NCBI GenBank assembly: GCA_041855125.1
Contig: JBHADP010000034.1
Coordinates: 8,724 to 72,723 of the forward strand
Length of the DNA stretch: 64,000 nt
Reading direction: 5' to 3'
DNA from: Neisseria sp.
Lineage (GTDB): Bacteria; Pseudomonadota; Gammaproteobacteria; Burkholderiales; Neisseriaceae
Shown: piece by piece, positions 62,164 through 64,000 of the stretch
Numbering within the stretch: the first letter of the stretch is position 1
Layout: each line of letters opens with the position of its first letter
Made by a program: the position numbers and the translations under genes
The notes under the pieces: generated by a model
The model's database searches: none
What the model was told of the DNA's origin: nothing
Seen by the model: only the letters and a program-made list of their open reading frames with translations

Positions 62164-63735
62164 ATGATTGCTCTTTGGAATGCTTTTCCACCCGTAGCCG
62201 ATTTATTGGCAGCCGCGTCGTCATACCGTTATTTGGTGGTATGTTTAACACAATCGCAGTTGCCACCACTCATACTCTCTGCCCAGCCATCGGCTGCCGA
62301 ACATGCTTTCGCGCAAGCATGGCAACAGCAAACGGCTTGTGTGCAATTTCGCGCGGTGAATGTGTTGAAACATCTGTTTCCCCATGCGGAATTATGGTTG
62401 ATTCCACCGCATGAAGTGGGGTATCTTGCCGATTATTTCGCTCCGCAAACAATGGTTTGGCAAACCGAGCCTGTGCCACAAACACCACGTCCTGCCCCAA
62501 AGCCTTGGTTTATCCAGCCCAGCAGTTCTCCACCTGAACATGTGGTGATAATTGGTGCAGGGATAGCAGGTGCGGCAACAGCGTATGCGTTGGCAACACG
62601 CGGTGTGCGTGTGAGTGTGTTGGAAGCAGCAACGGCAGCTCATGCCGCCAGCGGCAATCGGCAAGGCTTGTTGTATGCCAAAATCTCGCCTTATCCCACC
62701 GCGCAAACCGAATTATTATTGGGTGCGTATGGCTATACCCATCGTTTATTACATCATCTGTTGCCTCAAAGCGAGGCTTGGCAAGCGTGTGGCGTATTGC
62801 ATCTTAACCACAATGCTGCCGAAAGCAAGCGCAATGCCGCGCTAGCCCAACAGCATGAACACCACAAACTTTATTATGGCATTAATGCCGCACAAGCCAG
62901 CGAAAAAGCAGGCATTCCCATTGCCCAAGATGGTTTGTTTTGGCAACATGGCGCGTGGATACACCCTCCTGCCTTAGTACGCGCCTTATTGGCACACCCT
63001 CATATCACCTTATATGAACAACAACCCTTATTACACGCCCAATATCATGGCGAACATTGGCAACTGACCACCCCAAAACAACAATTAACTGCCAGCCATA
63101 TCGTTTATTGCACAGGCGCAAACAGCCCCCAATTAACAGCCTTACAAGCCTTACCTTGGCAATTAATTCGCGGACAAACTTCCTTAGCTCCTGCCAATCC
63201 GTTTTCTCAACAACTTAACATCGCCTTATCAGGTGCAAGCTATATCAGCCCTGCTTGGCAAGGCATACATTGCTATGGTGCGAGCTTTGTTCCCCAAAAT
63301 AGCGATAGCGAATGGCGTCAAGCCGATGAACAACATAACCAAAACGAATTGGCACAACTGCACCCCAACTTAGCTGCCTCATTTGCCTCATCTTCCCACC
63401 CTTTGCGCGGTCATGCTGCGGTACGCTGCGATAGCCCCGACCACCTGCCTATCGTAGGCAGATTAGGCGATATAGCTGCCATGCAACAAGTGTATGCCAA
63501 GCTCGCGTTAGACAAAAATTATCGCCTGAACCATGCTTGCCCTTATCTCCCTCATGTTTGGATTAACAGCGCACACGGCAGCCGAGGATTAAGCACTGCC
63601 GCGTGGTGTGCAGAAAGCGTGGCTGTCGATATATTAGGCTTACCCAACCCCTTATCGCGCCCCCTACGCGAAGCCTTACACCCCAATCGCTATGTGATTC
63701 GCAGCATTGTGCGAGGGCAGAATCAGCCACTTTAA
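62164..63735 (+). CDS. mnmC: FAD-dependent cmnm5s2U34 oxidoreductase MnmC (reduced N-terminal domain)
   Basis: IGAGIAG, ASGNRQG, IRGQ, HGSRGL. Confidence 0.85.
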   Translation: MIALWNAFPPVADLLAAASSYRYLVVCLTQSQLPPLILSAQPSAAEHAFAQAWQQQTACVQFRAVNVLKHLFPHAELWLIPPHEVGYLADYFAPQTMVWQTEPVPQTPRPAPKPWFIQPSSSPPEHVVIIGAGIAGAATAYALATRGVRVSVLEAATAAHAASGNRQGLLYAKISPYPTAQTELLLGAYGYTHRLLHHLLPQSEAWQACGVLHLNHNAAESKRNAALAQQHEHHKLYYGINAAQASEKAGIPIAQDGLFWQHGAWIHPPALVRALLAHPHITLYEQQPLLHAQYHGEHWQLTTPKQQLTASHIVYCTGANSPQLTALQALPWQLIRGQTSLAPANPFSQQLNIALSGASYISPAWQGIHCYGASFVPQNSDSEWRQADEQHNQNELAQLHPNLAASFASSSHPLRGHAAVRCDSPDHLPIVGRLGDIAAMQQVYAKLALDKNYRLNHACPYLPHVWINSAHGSRGLSTAAWCAESVAVDILGLPNPLSRPLREALHPNRYVIRSIVRGQNQPL

Positions 63736-63741
63736 ATATTC

Positions 63742-64000
63742 TTATTCCTTACGCATAAACTCCGCATGAAACGAAACAGGAATTTGTTCCACTATCGTTT
63801 TTAAGCCCATCACTTCTACTAATTGCATCACCCCTTGCGACATATCCATCGCTTTCGTATCTAATACAACGGGGCTGAGTGTGCTGACCATGATTTTGTC
63901 TGCCTGCGTATGTTGGGCGGATAAATGCGCTTCAATGGGCAACTCTTTGCCGTGGATATGCAACATCAAAGGCTGTTTAAAAGAGACGGATTCACCCAGT
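63742..64000 (-). CDS. C-terminal part of a YceI-like protein running off the window
   Basis: Frame is open from 63969 to the window edge (LGESVSFKQPLML...); IHG...VST..PVVL...IPVSF pattern. Confidence 0.55.
   Translation of the reverse strand, partial: LGESVSFKQPLMLHIHGKELPIEAHLSAQHTQADKIMVSTLSPVVLDTKAMDMSQGVMQLVEVMGLKTIVEQIPVSFHAEFMRKE

Noticed and set aside
62361-62371. TGTGTTGAAAC inside mnmC (similar partial matches in metN, glnQ and at 3404, 27359)
   Set aside because: No preceding hairpin; several lie in coding sequence; compatible with chance

Overview
Chromosomal segment (about 60 genes) of a Neisseriaceae member, probably Kingella/Alysiella/Simonsiella-like. This rests on Neisseria-type ACP, FetA/FrpB, MetQ, lipoprotein cytochrome c', System II ResB/ResC and a short MetN. 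Most of the window is housekeeping: ilvD, bioB/bioA, ppk1, xth, fdhE/fdhD, fdnGHI, glgP, ccoI, metNIQ, rsmA, moxR-DUF58-tgpA, gcvT/H, norM, murB, mnmC. It also holds tRNA-Asn, a tandem glycine riboswitch and a SAM-II riboswitch. No CRISPR array, cas gene, integrase or transposase was seen. Features the gene list does not explain: (1) a dispersed family of solitary hairpin+TGTGTTGAAAC units shaped like a Neisseria type I-C CRISPR repeat, two of them in 5' leaders and two ending a longer ~100 bp three-hairpin element; (2) four paralogous small secreted Cys-flanked SH3b-like proteins, three in tandem, clustered around the lysozyme inhibitor ACP; (3) a FetA-like receptor frameshifted at a C7 tract just after its signal peptide; (4) a 140 bp ERIC/Correia-like palindrome upstream of ilvD; (5) five DnaA-box-like sites in 73 bp between convergent genes; (6) a RelE-like/XRE toxin-antitoxin module flanked by a duplicated terminator/-35 block; (7) a NERD + mini-lipoprotein + DJ-1 block separating gcvT from gcvH; (8) FdnG with Cys at the usual Sec196; (9) two unannotated mini-lipoproteins. 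All calls were made by eye; no searches or computations were run.
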